A stretch of 64,000 bases of DNA from Schizochytrium sp. TIO01 (GCA_004764695.1 SMSO01000025.1:4504862-4568861), one strand, 5' to 3'; shown: positions 31,423 through 44,427, counted from the first letter of the stretch. The notes: generated by a model not told the origin, from the letters alone. A program made the numbers and translations.

Positions 31423-31971
31423 ATGGGAAACGAACTTACGCGTAACATGCGTGCCTTAAAAGCTTGGCGAGTTCGACGGGTGCTATTCGTGGGTCTCGAC
31501 AGTGCTGGTAAAACTACGTGTGTTCGACTTCTCGAAGGTAAAAATCCGAAGAATACAGTACCAACAACGGAGTCTAACTTCACAGAGATCAAATACAAGC
31601 ATTTCAAATTGTTGCTTACAGACATGGGAGGCCAATCGACTTTGCGACCATACTGGAGGCATCACTATACTGGGACCCAGGGTATTGTTTTTGTTATAGA
31701 TAGTACTGATCGTGGGAGGTTTGATGATGCACTCAATGAGCTGCGGGTTCTTCTAGTGGATGCTCAGCTTGATGATATTCCGCTCTTTGTATTCGCCAAC
31801 AAACAGGATCGACAGGGTGCAGCCACTGTCGAAGAAGTGCGATCCGTATTTGTGACAAATAATGACAAAATTGGAAAACGACCTACCTATATTGCTGCTG
31901 GTAGTGCTTTAACAGGCGATGGATTATACCAGGGGCTGGATTGGCTTTTAACAGAGATGCAGCGTCTTTGA
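31423..31971 (+). CDS. ADP-ribosylation factor-like (Arf/Arl) small GTPase, divergent
   Basis: MG N-terminus (myristoylation), G1 GLDSAGKTT, G2 PT, G3 DMGGQ, G4 NKQD, G5 SALTG, and GLYQGLDWL C-terminal helix. Confidence 0.93.
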   Translation: MGNELTRNMRALKAWRVRRVLFVGLDSAGKTTCVRLLEGKNPKNTVPTTESNFTEIKYKHFKLLLTDMGGQSTLRPYWRHHYTGTQGIVFVIDSTDRGRFDDALNELRVLLVDAQLDDIPLFVFANKQDRQGAATVEEVRSVFVTNNDKIGKRPTYIAAGSALTGDGLYQGLDWLLTEMQRL

Positions 31972-32397
31972 AACCACGCGCGAGCATAGCGGCTATTAGC
32001 ATCTATTCTATTGGCCGAATAAATTGAATTCAACCTCGCAAGCATGAACACAAGTATGTGCGAATGGAGAAGTAAAGTCTATTCAAGCACAATATCATTT
32101 ATATGTTTTTCATACCATAATCTTAAAAAACTATTTTAAAATTGATATAGTCGATTGCCTGACTTTCTCATGACTAATTCTGCTTGTTTCCCACTTTACA
32201 TTTGCTCAGAAAAAGAGAGAGATACAGGGAACTCTGATTTTCTCTTTATGTTAAAGTCTGGCCTTGCTATTGCATTGAGTGCTGTTAAAATACATAGATA
32301 TCGTTTTAAAGGCTTTCCCACCTAAGTCCTTTCACCATTAAACACTAGATCCATGGTAGGTTCAGGAAATGGTTTATTCCATTTTCTTGGGCTGCAG

Positions 32398-35300
32398 CTA
32401 TAGTTCAATACCTGGATCACATAAAAAGTAAGTATGCATGGCTCCTTTTCCTTTGATATCAAGGAGACCTCGATCTTCAAATTCAAAAGACGCAAGTGGA
32501 TATGGAGCTGCACCGTTCGTTTCCTGCAGCTGCTCCTTGAATGCCTCACTCACATGTACACGATCAGCTGTAGAAGAATTATGTGCCAAAAAAGAAACGA
32601 AGTTAGTAAAAGGGTGTTTTATGTTACATTACATGTCAGTCCTTTCGTTAGTTTAAAATCCAGCATCAAATAGAAATCACCCACATCGGTTCAACTGCAC
32701 TATGTGGAAACAAGTAAGACGATTTTCTAGAGACTGAAAAATCGTTCTGTGAACGCTTCGCAAGAAATTTCTGAGCTTTGAAAGCCCATATTTTGAACGT
32801 ACCCATACCAGAGCTTTCCATCCGGGCTGCTGTATTAATGGCATCACTAATAATTGTAAAACGAGGCATTCTCTTTCCCACAACTGCACCAAAAGCATGG
32901 TCCGCAATTAATTCCGACACGAATCTGAATCTTTTCTCCGTGCTTAGTTACAAACGATTTGACAAAACGCTGGGTGTCAAGAGCAAAACGTGCAAGGTTT
33001 TCAGCCGCATGACGGGCAGACCGCTGGTTCATAAAAGGCAGGTTTGTCACTGCTACATATGCATCCCCAATAGTCTCAAGTTTGTATACTCCATGTTTTT
33101 CAGAAAGCTCATCAAAATGTGTGAAGAGCTCATTTAGCATGTCTACTACCTGAAAAGGCTCCCAGGTGCTAGATAAGGTCGTGAAAGACACAATATCAGA
33201 AAAGAAAATGAACACCTTCTCATACTTTTCCACAATTGGTTCGTGTGGCCCAATGGAAGCTATATCTCCAGCTGCGGATTTGCCTAAAGGAGAACATGGA
33301 CCAATCCTTTGAGGACCCGCCTCCCCACGTATGGAATTACAATGCATTAGCTCTCGTTTCTCATTTTGAAATTTAAGTTTTTCCGTGATATGCTTTGGAA
33401 ACATTTTATTGAGCAGTTCGTTTGCGACTGCTTCGTTATACTTGTTTTGAGCGGTAACTCTCGCGTTGAGAAGCGCAACCTCAACATGCGAGGAGATCTT
33501 TTCTAACAAAGCAATATCATCTTCGTCAAAGGTTCCTGTGTATCCTCCATGAGTATCTTTTTTATTGATCATTTGAACAACTGCAACTAGTTCATCATTT
33601 TGTGATATGATGGGGAAGCAAAGAGTACTTCTGGTTCGTAGCCCTGTTTGCCTGTCAACCTCTGGATTGAATCGCGAGTCTTTATATGCATCAGGGATAA
33701 TAATCGGGAGCTTATGCTCTGCTGTGTATCCTGCAATTCCTGTTCCAAAAGGAATTCGTAGTTCGCGCAGCGTATCCTGGCCCCGTAAGCCCTCCCCTCC
33801 GCTGACCATTGTCCAGAGGTCAGGTGGCGAGGCACTTGAATCTACAACATACATCGAACCCCGCTCGGCAAAAAGAGCGTCTCGTAGCATACGGATAGCC
33901 TCATTCATCAGTTGTACTGTATCTAGTTTTGAATTGAGATTTTCTGAGATGCGCAGAGCAATCTTTGACCACTCCAGCTGCTTTGCCATATCTCCTTCAA
34001 TGCACACCCGCTCCAGGGCATGTCCAATAGGAATGCACAATGCAGCAAGAAGATGGGGCAACTCCTCATCATATTCTTCTGCCTCGAAGCCCCTTTTCCG
34101 ACGTATTTCGCATACGGCAATAATATCTTCAGAGCTAAAAGAAAGCTCGCATATATCAAGAGATTGTTTGCAGCTTGTAAGAGATGGAAAAATCGGGCAA
34201 CCAAGTGCATGGGCATCGTCATCTACATCACTTGAGGATAACTGAGGATCAAGTGAGCAAGGGCTCCCATGGGCATGCCCAAAAGAATAGCTTGTTCGAT
34301 CTTCAAGTTGCGGGCTCTTTCCAGGAGCTTCTTCCGAAGATGAACCCATGTAGATCAAACTAGAGCGTGTCTCAATCGTTTCAAGATCCGGAAGTCCACA
34401 AAGCTCTCGAAGACGTTGTGCAAAACCAATTGACAAGCTTGAGACTTTCGTTCGAGCCTTTCCCAATTTTCAGAATTGTTCATATCTTTGTAGTATTTTC
34501 GAAGAAAACGTTGATATTTTGATGCATATCCAGGATTGAGGTAGATATTCACTGTTGAATTTTCAAAAAGATTTGCGAAGTAGTGGCCTACGACTTCTAA
34601 TATTGAAGCCATATGCATACACTTTTCAATCTCTGCTGTAAATTTGAGAACCTCATATCGAGCATGGGAGTCTAATTCCTCAAAAATTTGATTTGAAGAT
34701 GTGACAATTTCATCTGTGTTTGGTGCGACATCAGGGGCCTCCTTAAGTAGATTCTTGGCAGTTTGTACTCGCCGCAGAGTGTCTTTATCGAGCACAACTG
34801 AAAATCGACCTCTTGACATTGATATTTCTCCATCCAAAGGATGTTGTGGTTTTGATTCTAAGGATATTTTTCGAGGGATTGGGGCCGATATAATCTGCAC
34901 GCATGACTTGGTCCGATTTTGCTTCCAATTGTTCGAAGGTAGATGCGGAAGCTTTTTTTGGAAAGGCTTTTCAGTGCACCCTTCGGGCCTAGAAGGCTTC
35001 GTCGAATGTGCGAGTGAATTACTTGTGTGCAAATCTCTTGAGCAATTCTCAACAGTGACAAGAAGTTGTGAGTCACTTTGTCTCACGTGCGAGTTGGAGT
35101 TGGAGTTGGAGTTTGAGTTTGAGTTTGAGGATGAACTAGTAGAGTCGCCTGGGTCATTAACCTTTCTGTTGGATGAATGCTCTGTTCGCGAGGCTATTGG
35201 GTTATTTTCTGGTGGTACGCCCCCCTTTGTCTCGTCAGAATCCATTGCTCTTCTAGTCATAGAATTATCGTCGTGATTGTTGCCTGCAGTCTGTGGCTCC

Positions 35301-35410
35301 GCAGAGCTGTCACTTTGTTTATCACTTTGCAAATGAGCAGACTTACCATATTTTTGCAAAGATGTTTGGCTTGCGACTTGGCTTCGAGAGGTACTAGCTG
35401 CGCTGCCCAT
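32398..35410 (-). CDS. N-myristoylated GAF-domain class III nucleotidyl (guanylate-like) cyclase; two apparent frameshifts (about 34468 and 32892) and one intron (32802-32568)
   Basis: MGSAAS start. PDE-type GAF (GIAGYTA, DAYKDSRFN, MINKK...FDEDD). Cyclase motifs FFSDIVSFT, YKLETIGDAY, IRVGINCGP, VVGKRMPRF, DAINTAARMES and RVHVS...RGLLDIKGKGAMHTYFL are spread over four ORF-track segments. The GTACGT...CTACAG intron restores GMADRVHVS. Confidence 0.85.
35090..35128 (-). repeat. Coding hexamer microsatellite encoding (Ser-Asn)n
   Basis: (gagttg/gagttt)n on the plus strand, read as SNSNSNSNSNS in the cyclase N-terminus. Confidence 0.75.
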
Positions 35411-38400
35411 GATTAAAACCTAATCGAACAGCACGCCGCAAGACCACGTCCAATATTATGATACAAGGCCGGATTCCGACAAACCAAGACTTTGTCTCCA
35501 TGCACTAAGCAGAGCTCCCGTGTTTTTCTTGCTCTGTAAATTTAGACAGGTATCAGAAGTGATTTTCCTCTTCGTTTTCTTTTTTGAGCAGACTGCAGAA
35601 GTAAGGGCCGGGCGTATCCACGCGCAAACACTTGAGGAGTCGTCAAGCTTTTCCCTCGCGCACGAAAAGAGACTAGTTGATGGTGGTACAGCGGTGCTTG
35701 AAGTAAAAAAACCCTTGACTTGCTGTTGTGTAAGCCTAGCGTTCTTATGAAATGGTTTGCTTCTGCTGAAGGCCAACTCTAGCCTGAGTATTAAGAGGAT
35801 AACAAGTTTAGCGTGTTGGCCCTTACAACGCCGCAGCTGACGGCCAGGGCCTTCAAATGTTTCAGAGCTCTTATGGCTCCAGCTCGGTACTGCTGTGCTT
35901 CTTCTTTCGCAGCTAGCAACGCGATGTTTTGCACACACTATATTCTGTATTGTAAGTACTTAGTGTTAAGTGTCCTCGCCCTGAGGCGACTCCAGTGCTC
36001 TCTCACACGCAATTCTTTATAGCAGCAATGGTTTGAGTAAGTGAGAAATAAAGTGCAATTTTATGCCCACTCGCCGTTGCTGGTAATTCCAAGAAGATAA
36101 TAAACTTTGTTTCACAGCTTTACAAAAGAAGAAGAGAAAGTTGCCAAATGCATTGGCGAAGATGCTTTGGGGGGGCTTGGTTTAGAGCGCTATTTACCAA
36201 ATGTCGAGAACATAAGGCGTACTATTGGATTTGGAAGAGAAAGACTGCTCTCTTATGCCTTTTCCTATCGTTTGTTATGTTTGTTGGGAGGAGGTATACA
36301 ACAGAATAATCTGCAAGCTCTGCTGTGGCCACGCTTCTGCAACTTGGAAGCCAAGTTAAATAACCTATGCTTAAAGAAACCCAGCACTTTGCTGTCTCTT
36401 GTAAAGTTCGGTTTCTCCATTAATCTGGTAGTTGCATTGAACAACTCCTATCTTTGCTTTAGGATGACCAGTTCTTTAACCCTCTTCTTCGCTCAAGAAA
36501 ACGGAACACTCAACTCAAAGGGAACGCCGCGATCAATTCGTACATATCGTGTCTGCGCATCGAAGTCAGTCGCTTTCTAAAGCAACAACGCTTACTTGTT
36601 TTCGTCAAGGTCCTCTGTTTCCTGCGATTACTTCGTTCCCAGCTGCTCTCTGGTCGTGCTAAAGTAAACTACCACCTTATTCTCGCTTTTAGATTATTTG
36701 AGTCGCGAGCCAGGCAAGAATGCAACGATAATGCACTGATAAATATATGACTTATCCTGACGTAAGATTAAATAGACTAGGACGAATTTTTTCAAGTTTC
36801 CACAGGTACACAAATCAGCGTTGATGGCATAATTTGAAAAGCTTTTCTGGTCGCCTTTGTTTGGCACAAGGCCTTCCGCCTGTTCTTTTAGTCTTTTCAT
36901 CAATTATGAGATACTTTTTTTTATTTTTTTTTATTTTTTTAAATCCAAAGAGTCAGACCCTCTGGCATCTTCAGAATAGTACTATGGTATATACGCAAAT
37001 GCCGCCCACTAAACGTGCGTTGCCAAATGCCCGCTATGCTATGCTATGCTACAAGAATTCTTTTAAGTCGCTTCCCCTCTGTCAAGTCGTCCAGCTTGCC
37101 CAATTAGCTTGCCAGACGTATTCGTCGATGTAGATGTGTGGGAAGGAAGGTGCTCCATTTCGCAAAACAAGGTAGTGGGGTAATAAACTATGTCAGGTTT
37201 ATTGCTAGTAGTATGGCAAATGCAGCATTCACATCAACTCCGACTCTCAACGGATAAATCAGGAATTTTGCGATAGTTTGTAGTAGTATCTAGAAATTTT
37301 GACACTCTGTCGAAAGAACGATAGAATTTCGCCCGGCTTATCCGTGCATTAGCGCGTCTTGAGAGCCGCGGATGGTACGAGCGGAGCAAATAGAAGAAAA
37401 TTAAGGTATAGCTAGCACTCAAATAATTGCCAAGGGCAGACATAAATTGGTGGTACTGAATATATTTTATCTTCCTTGCAAGTCATGAGCTCTTGAACTG
37501 CTCTAGGCTGTTACACAGATCCAGCACTTGCATGTGCATCATGAAGGATTACTATTTACTTTATAATGATTTCTCTGAAAAGTCAACTTGAAAGGCTGTG
37601 TTTGTTGGCAAGGTGGATTCGTTGCAGCCGTCATGAACCTTTGCAATGAATATAGTTATAACTCTCTATCCCCCAATACAAATAGGAATATAAAGTAATT
37701 GCCGCATACTCTTTAGCAAAGCTTTGGTGTGAGAATTAGAAACCTCACTAGTGTATCCATGATTGGGTTCGTGTGAGGATTTTAAAATATGCACGCAACA
37801 ACGTGATGCAAGATAAATGAAGACTTATAAGATACACCTAATTTCTCTTATCGCCGCTGACACTGCGGCTTCGGTGGATTAAGATTCATGAGATATTTTT
37901 CTCTATCGCAGATGTTTGTCAGAATTTATGCGCCTGTCATATGCCGGTTCAAGGGCCCATACAATCCTGCGCTCTTGACCTGGTTCTAGATAGTATCTCA
38001 ATGTTTCAGTCAAATCGTCCACACTTGCCAGGGCCTTGATTGATAGCAACCTGATAGCAACGAATAACCCTGCACCCACCAACAGGCCACCGAGTGCTAG
38101 TGAATGCAGTCGGAACGCATGAGAGTGCCTTGTATACCTTCTCAAATTCTGATATTACGATCCAGTCTGACCAGATAGAGAAGCTCTGTTTGTTCTTGTT
38201 TCAAAGTAAAAGCTTAGTTCCCACTTGGTAGGTACTATCTATCAAAGTAGTGTACGATAGTACGAGCATGCTTGGATTTTACCCTTGGAAAAGGGTTAAG
38301 AGTAGCCTCTAATCGCGAGAGTGATTCATCTGCCGAATAAGGTTAATCGACTTACTAGGCAAGAAGCCCTCTCGCGGTATTTCAAGTTTGCTCTGAGCCT

Positions 38401-41400
38401 CGGGTAGCTGAATGGCACTGCACTTTACACAAAACATCATAATAAAAGCAGGGTATAGGGCCTATTCCATGTTTTTGCTTGCAAGTAAAAGGAGAGAAGC
38501 CTCTTACTGTCAATAGTGGTACTACTACTTACTCTCTACAAGGCCTATATTTCAGGTAGTTAAAACTCTTTCAAATTCACTATCTTGAAAACATCATGAT
38601 TATCATAAATAAATCAAAACGTACTATTTTAGATGTAAGTCTTCTTCTTTTTACTGCTGGTGGTCCCGTTTTCCAGTTCTTTACTTCAAAAGTTTCTGTG
38701 CTGCAGTAGTGCATAAGAATGTATTCTGGGCTGAGGTCACATAGCCATTACTGCCTCTAAAACTACGACCTCCACAATATTAGAGAGTTAAAACGTTACA
38801 TATATTAGTTTATTTTAATTTTAATTTTTTCTCCTCGCGAACAGCTGCCTTGCAAGTTTATTTTTAACTTTCGCATTAAAAGTTAAAAACTGAACAACTT
38901 GAACTTGCCAGTGATAGAAATACAGCCATTCGTACCTCTCGCTTAACGTTGTACAGACGAAAGCTACTACTCCTACCCCGGGATGCATAGAAACTATAGC
39001 AACGGCATCAAACCTTGGCCATGAAATGAGAGGACAGACAGTAGGCAGTGCATTGCAAAACTCCTCCCACGAGCACTTAGCGCTGCTCCCTTTGAGGGTT
39101 TGCGAGACCCTTTGCAGAGTTGTCTTTTAAAATATATATATCTCCTAGTTAAAAATGGTGACCTCGAAAATGCAAAAGTTTACTACAACTTTTCTTGCTA
39201 TGATATCCTCGAGATTCGCGACTCTCGCTGCTAACGCTAGCCCGTTTTCTTAGCTCCGCCCGGCGTGGACTAGTCGCCGTCCTCAACAGTTGCTTCTTCG
39301 AGCTCTCCTACCTTTACGGTACAGCGTGAGCCCACCACTCTGCAACCCAACAAGTGACAAAAGCGTCTGACACAGTTGCATTTATGAAAGCAGTAGCAGC
39401 GCCTACTTTGGTTTACGAACTCAGCTCAGTGGGTAGTAGGACTTCCAGTTTTTCAGTTCTTCATCCAAATACCCAGTACCTAGTGGCTGATTCCACAGAC
39501 ACAGCGCTAGCAAGGATCCATTGAAAGACCGGGTATAATCTGCGGTGCTGTTACGTTGTTTGGTGCTAAAGTAGTCTTGCACGGCACAGCAACTTCGAAT
39601 TTAGCTGGCTTGGTTTATGCAACTGTACTTTTGGGAAAAATAGTACACACCTACTTTGCGTCAATTTGCAGTTGGTACCTTGCGATGTTGGCAACTCTTT
39701 TGAACGCCCGGTCACAGATAATGGGCCTCCTTCCAATGATGCGGCCTTTCATGTAGCTCCTCTAGCACTACGAGGGCGAGCTTTCCCTCCCACGTCCGCC
39801 AGGCCAACAACTCGAGGCGCACCAAGACTGTACACAATACCGGCAGTGACAGCATGAACTCGTTCTTCAACTTCAAGTTCTCAAAGCTACTCAAACTTGA
39901 GCCAGAACTTGTTGCTACGGTTTTACTGTGATTATACTGCGATTGCCATAGGTTTCCCAGTCGCAGATTTTACTGATCTGTTATTGACGCAGAGACTCAA
40001 GCAAGGCACAACGTTGTGTCTGGCGTCAAGCTTCATCTCATGACAAAAGCATGCATGTGCCTGCTTTCTTGATTGATTCAGGATACAGTCTTCGCCGCAC
40101 ATTTAGTTGATCTCTAGAGTAACTCTAAAATGCTACTTCTTGCAACTGGGCTCTATGATAGCTCACAAGAGAAATCATCGTGATTGGGTAACGGTAGTTG
40201 TGAGTCCTTAATCGAGGACAATCTCCGAAAAACTGGAACTTGTGGTTATGATCTTGAATAAGGTTTTACAAAGCACGATCTAGATATTTTTGTGATCTGA
40301 TAAGTTTGTTGGTGCTATATGAAGAGAAGAAACCATCGTGATGACGGCGGATGTTTGCAAGGAATGTCTGGCCGAGAGGAAGAATGCCTCAAATCGGGCT
40401 CAACACAGGATGCTCGCAAAGATTGTACCTAGCTAGAGTTGTCCTGGATCATCATTCTCATTTCAATTGCTTGAGCTTTGCTTAGACTTCGATTTTTGCT
40501 AAACTGCAATAGCTTATGATAGCCTCCAGCTGGTGACATGTGAAAATGATCCAATGAGGCAAAGTGAGTACTCAAAAAAATTTGCATCACCAATCGACCA
40601 ATTCGATGTCCAAGAGATCCATGTTTCTGTTTTAGTTTTCTCAAGTTAAAAGTTTCATACGAATAGCTTCTGACAGTAAGATTGTAACATTTCGACATGG
40701 TGCAGTAATCCCTCCTCTTGTTCTACTTTTTACTCGTTCATGTCTAACTATTTAACACTGGGCAGCCAGCTTGTTGGGGCTCAAAATCGAATGGTCCTCC
40801 TGGCCATGATCGGTTGGCAAAAGCCAAAAATTATTCAAGATGCTCCAACTCTCCAGAGATCTGGCTAGACTTTCCTACTTCGAGAACAAGGTCTACTTAT
40901 CGAAATACCCATTCCTTCGATTATCTGCGGAAACTTACCTTCTCTGACTAGTTTAACTCAAGTTAGGTTAAGAACTAAAGGAAGGTCACCCGTGTGGTGA
41001 GTTGGCGCACCATACACTACCTATTGCACTCGTAGGGACTACCTGCTTGCTGACTTGGCAGAGACGAAAAGAACACGAGAGGAACAGTACACCTTTTCAA
41101 TTCATCGCTGTGTCTTTGCTGAGGCCTGTGTCGAGTAGAGCCGTGCGGAAAGAGAGGAGCTGACAGGTGGCGGTGCCGATGGCTTTGCCTGCTTTGCATC
41201 TCCATGAGCTTAGAACCGCATTCTCCAAACCTGAACACTGCGACTGCAACTTGCTTATTTAATGATTGCGGTTGATAACTGTTGAAAATGAATGAAGACT
41301 CAGGAAACTTTTTCAAGAAACAAAAGCTTGAGATGAAAAGAAAAAGAAACAATCCGCTTTCAGAAGGCCCAGTACCCATTTACACTAGGTGACCCGGCAG

Positions 41401-41436
41401 GCTGATGGCGTGACTGGTAGCTCCGAACTCAGGGTA

Positions 41437-41482
41437 AACAAAGAAACAAAGAAACAAAGAAACAATGAAACAAAGAAACAAA
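41437..41482. repeat. (AAAGAAAC)n 8-bp tandem repeat
   Basis: About five visible tandem copies. Confidence 0.75.
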
Positions 41483-41622
41483 CTCTGGTTCGATTCAGGA
41501 GACAGAGGCGCTGGCTGCTCAGGAGGCAGGACATCTCCTCGACGGCAGGGCTTACCGCGGTGATCTCACAGAGGCGGGCTTGGAGCTTCGATCCTAGCAC
41601 GCAGAGTTGCGTATTTGTGTCC

Positions 41623-41682
41623 TTAAATTTGAATTTGAATTTGAATTTGAATTTAAATTTGAATTTGAATTTGAATTTGAAT
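41623..41682. repeat. (TTGAAT)n hexamer microsatellite
   Basis: About ten near-perfect tandem copies. Confidence 0.9.
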
Positions 41683-44427
41683 CAGAGTTTGATATTTCTG
41701 AGTTCAAAGTTCAAAAATGTCGAGTTTGAATTCAAATTCGAACTGGGATTGAGAGTGAGGTTGAACTTGAGGTTGAAGAACGAGAGATGGTTGTCAAAAG
41801 AGGCAAACCCCAAATGCTTTCGATTCTAAAAAATATGGTCAGAAGGGAAAGGAGGATTGAGGAAGGTTTTGCAAACTGTACCTTTGCGGGAATGCAAAGC
41901 AGAACGACTTTGGAGACACAGCGGCAAGGTGTTCAGGTGGACTTCCCGAGCTTGCGTGCAGAGGATGGAACGCTGCCAAAATGTGGGCGGCCGACCAGGA
42001 GAGAGCTTGAAGAAGAGCTTGAAGGCAGTCGAGCAGCTAGTCAGAGAACCTCGCTGCCTATTCGAAGTCTCCCCGCTGGTTCGATCTTAACATCATCAAA
42101 ATTTTCAAATTCAAAGTGACCCTCATTAACCCTTACCGCCTATTGTGGTCTTTAAGAAATCATCCTCAGCATCGAAAGCACCTTGGAGATTTTGAGACTA
42201 TTACCATTGCTAAAGATCTGAAACGAGCAAAGAGTGACTGACCAACTGACTAACTGACCGACTAACTGGCTACATCCGGCGAGAACGTGGCGTCGTCAAC
42301 TTTATTAGGCAGCTTGCCAAGTTGGCAAGCGAGCACTGGATTTTGTTTGCTGTCCTGGCGTTTGTACTTCTGTGTAGAAGAGCCTGATACTAATGCTTCT
42401 TCGCAATTTGGTGGATTTTCAAGCGAGTGAGAGCAAAGCAAGTCAAGTGGCGAAGGAGCTTAAGAACGCCGCGAACCGAGCACTGGTCGAGAATAGGTGG
42501 AAACATTCAGGCCAACGAGGCTCGATTTGAGCAGGATGGTGGGCGCTGACGAGGTAACGCATAGAGATTGACGGTCAGATTTCAACTTTTCCCTTCAAGC
42601 AGAAGAAATAGCTGCTGCTTCAAGTTCTCCGCACGCCAGGCGAGAGCAGAGCAAAGTCTTTGATATTTTGAAAGCACTGATCCTCAGAAACTGCTTCAAG
42701 GAAAAAAGGTCTCTCACCTTCTTCCTGTGAGAAGGAAGAGGAAAACAAACTGAACACATCGTCGTCGTGAGCGCTACAACCTTGAAAAAGGAAAAAGCAC
42801 TAGCAAGCAAGCAAGTAAGAAAACCTACACTCTACAATCCAGCAGCAAAGGAAGTTGAGCAGCATCGATGATGGTCAGACACATCGTCGCACCAACACTC
42901 GCTGCTTGAGACCTCAAACTCACGCAAGGACAGAGGAGGCATAATGGCCATGCTCCTGATGCAGTCGCAAGCCACTTAACCTCACAAGTTTGATGTGGCG
43001 ACTTGAGGGAAAACGTGAAGGAAACAAGAAAGAAACACTTTGAGCTTTCTTATGATCTTACCCGCTCTGTTCAACTGCTCAAAGTGTTTTTTTTGTTTTG
43101 TTTTGTTTTTTTACTTTTAATTTAAAAACCAAAAACTTAAAAGGGCAAGAGTGAATTCAACTAATTCGTACTATACAAAAACTCGAAAAAGAGGTCCTTT
43201 GTCGCCAAAGACCAAAAAAAACGTACGCTAGTCGCTCAGTGCCCCTAATATAAGGCTCCATTCATTTCCCAGAGAGTGAAGCCACTCAAATTGGGGGTCA
43301 CAGTAAATACTCTCAGACGCCTTCGAAACTTCGGTTCCAACGTTACTCCGATTATAAACATTGCTGAGGTGCAAGCATCTCCACGCAGTAGTTCTAGCCT
43401 TTTATGTAGATGGGGTTAGGAGATCATGGGCCTGAACAGGAAAGCAGCGAAGCAGGAGCTACGGGAAGAAAAGGGAAGTGCCAAAAGAAAGTGTTGTGCA
43501 AAGGTTGATACAGGAATAACAGGGTGCGGAGGAGACAAGGCGAACACGCTTGTAGACCCCGAAGCTCCTTTGAAGCCCTCGGCGAAAGGACTCCCTCACT
43601 CGACAGGGGGCACACGCAGCAGGAGAGAACGCGACAAGCACACAATTAGTGCGATTAGCGCACTCCATCGCTGCAGCGCTTGCAAAGGCGAGCTGAGGCG
43701 GGTCAGAGCTAGTGAATCAAGCTGCTCGATCTCCTGTATTTAAAAAATACAGATAGATTACATCTTGAGATAAGCTTGGCTCGTACGAGCAGCGGTGAAG
43801 TACCTGAGGACATAGCAGCTAGCAAAGGGCTTTGAAGGTATTTACGTTGTTGAAGGTGCTAGCTGCCAAAGAGTTTAGACCTTGGGTAGTGTCTTTTGTT
43901 CTGTTGAAACCAGCCTACGGGAGGCTTGGCGCTTTTGCACGGACGCCGCTTAGGCATACGTGGTCTTACTTCTTCAGGACTATTAGGACGCTGCCCAATA
44001 AAACCAGAGAGTTTAGAAGGTTTAAGCTAGGGCTACTTGGCATGCTGTTTTGTTTGGAAAGTTAACTTTGGTTTGGTTATCTTGGAATACCTGAAGTTAA
44101 CGTTTTGGGGTTCGACGGCAAGACCCGGTACTTCAAGCTGGTCAGACATTGAATACAGTTGTAACAAACCAAATCATTGAAAGTCTGCTTAGTGGCAGGT
44201 AGTGTTAGGCGCACAACGCCAGTCAAGGAGGTGTACCACCTCACAAACAGCTTAACTTTTGCAATTCTGTTTTGAATATTCCAACTCATACTGTCTGCAG
44301 GAATTTATACTCCTTCGCTGGAAGGAAGCGCCTGCTTGCTCAAACCTGACTAGATCGCTTTTCCGGAATCATAAACTCATTACAAAAAAGCCAGGGCCGA
44401 CCCAAGGACAGCTAGCTCCCAAACACA

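Noticed and set aside
20057-34470. A shared programmed ribosomal frameshifting system across several genes
   Set aside because: The shifts go in both directions, share no slippery motif or stimulatory structure, and sit in short homopolymers. Sequencing indels are the simpler explanation.
41623-41682. Telomere-like or CRISPR-like array
   Set aside because: A simple hexamer microsatellite with no spacers and no G-rich telomeric unit.
41389-41829. 146-aa ORF with (LN)n
   Set aside because: An artefact of the (TTGAAT)n and (AAAGAAAC)n repeats.
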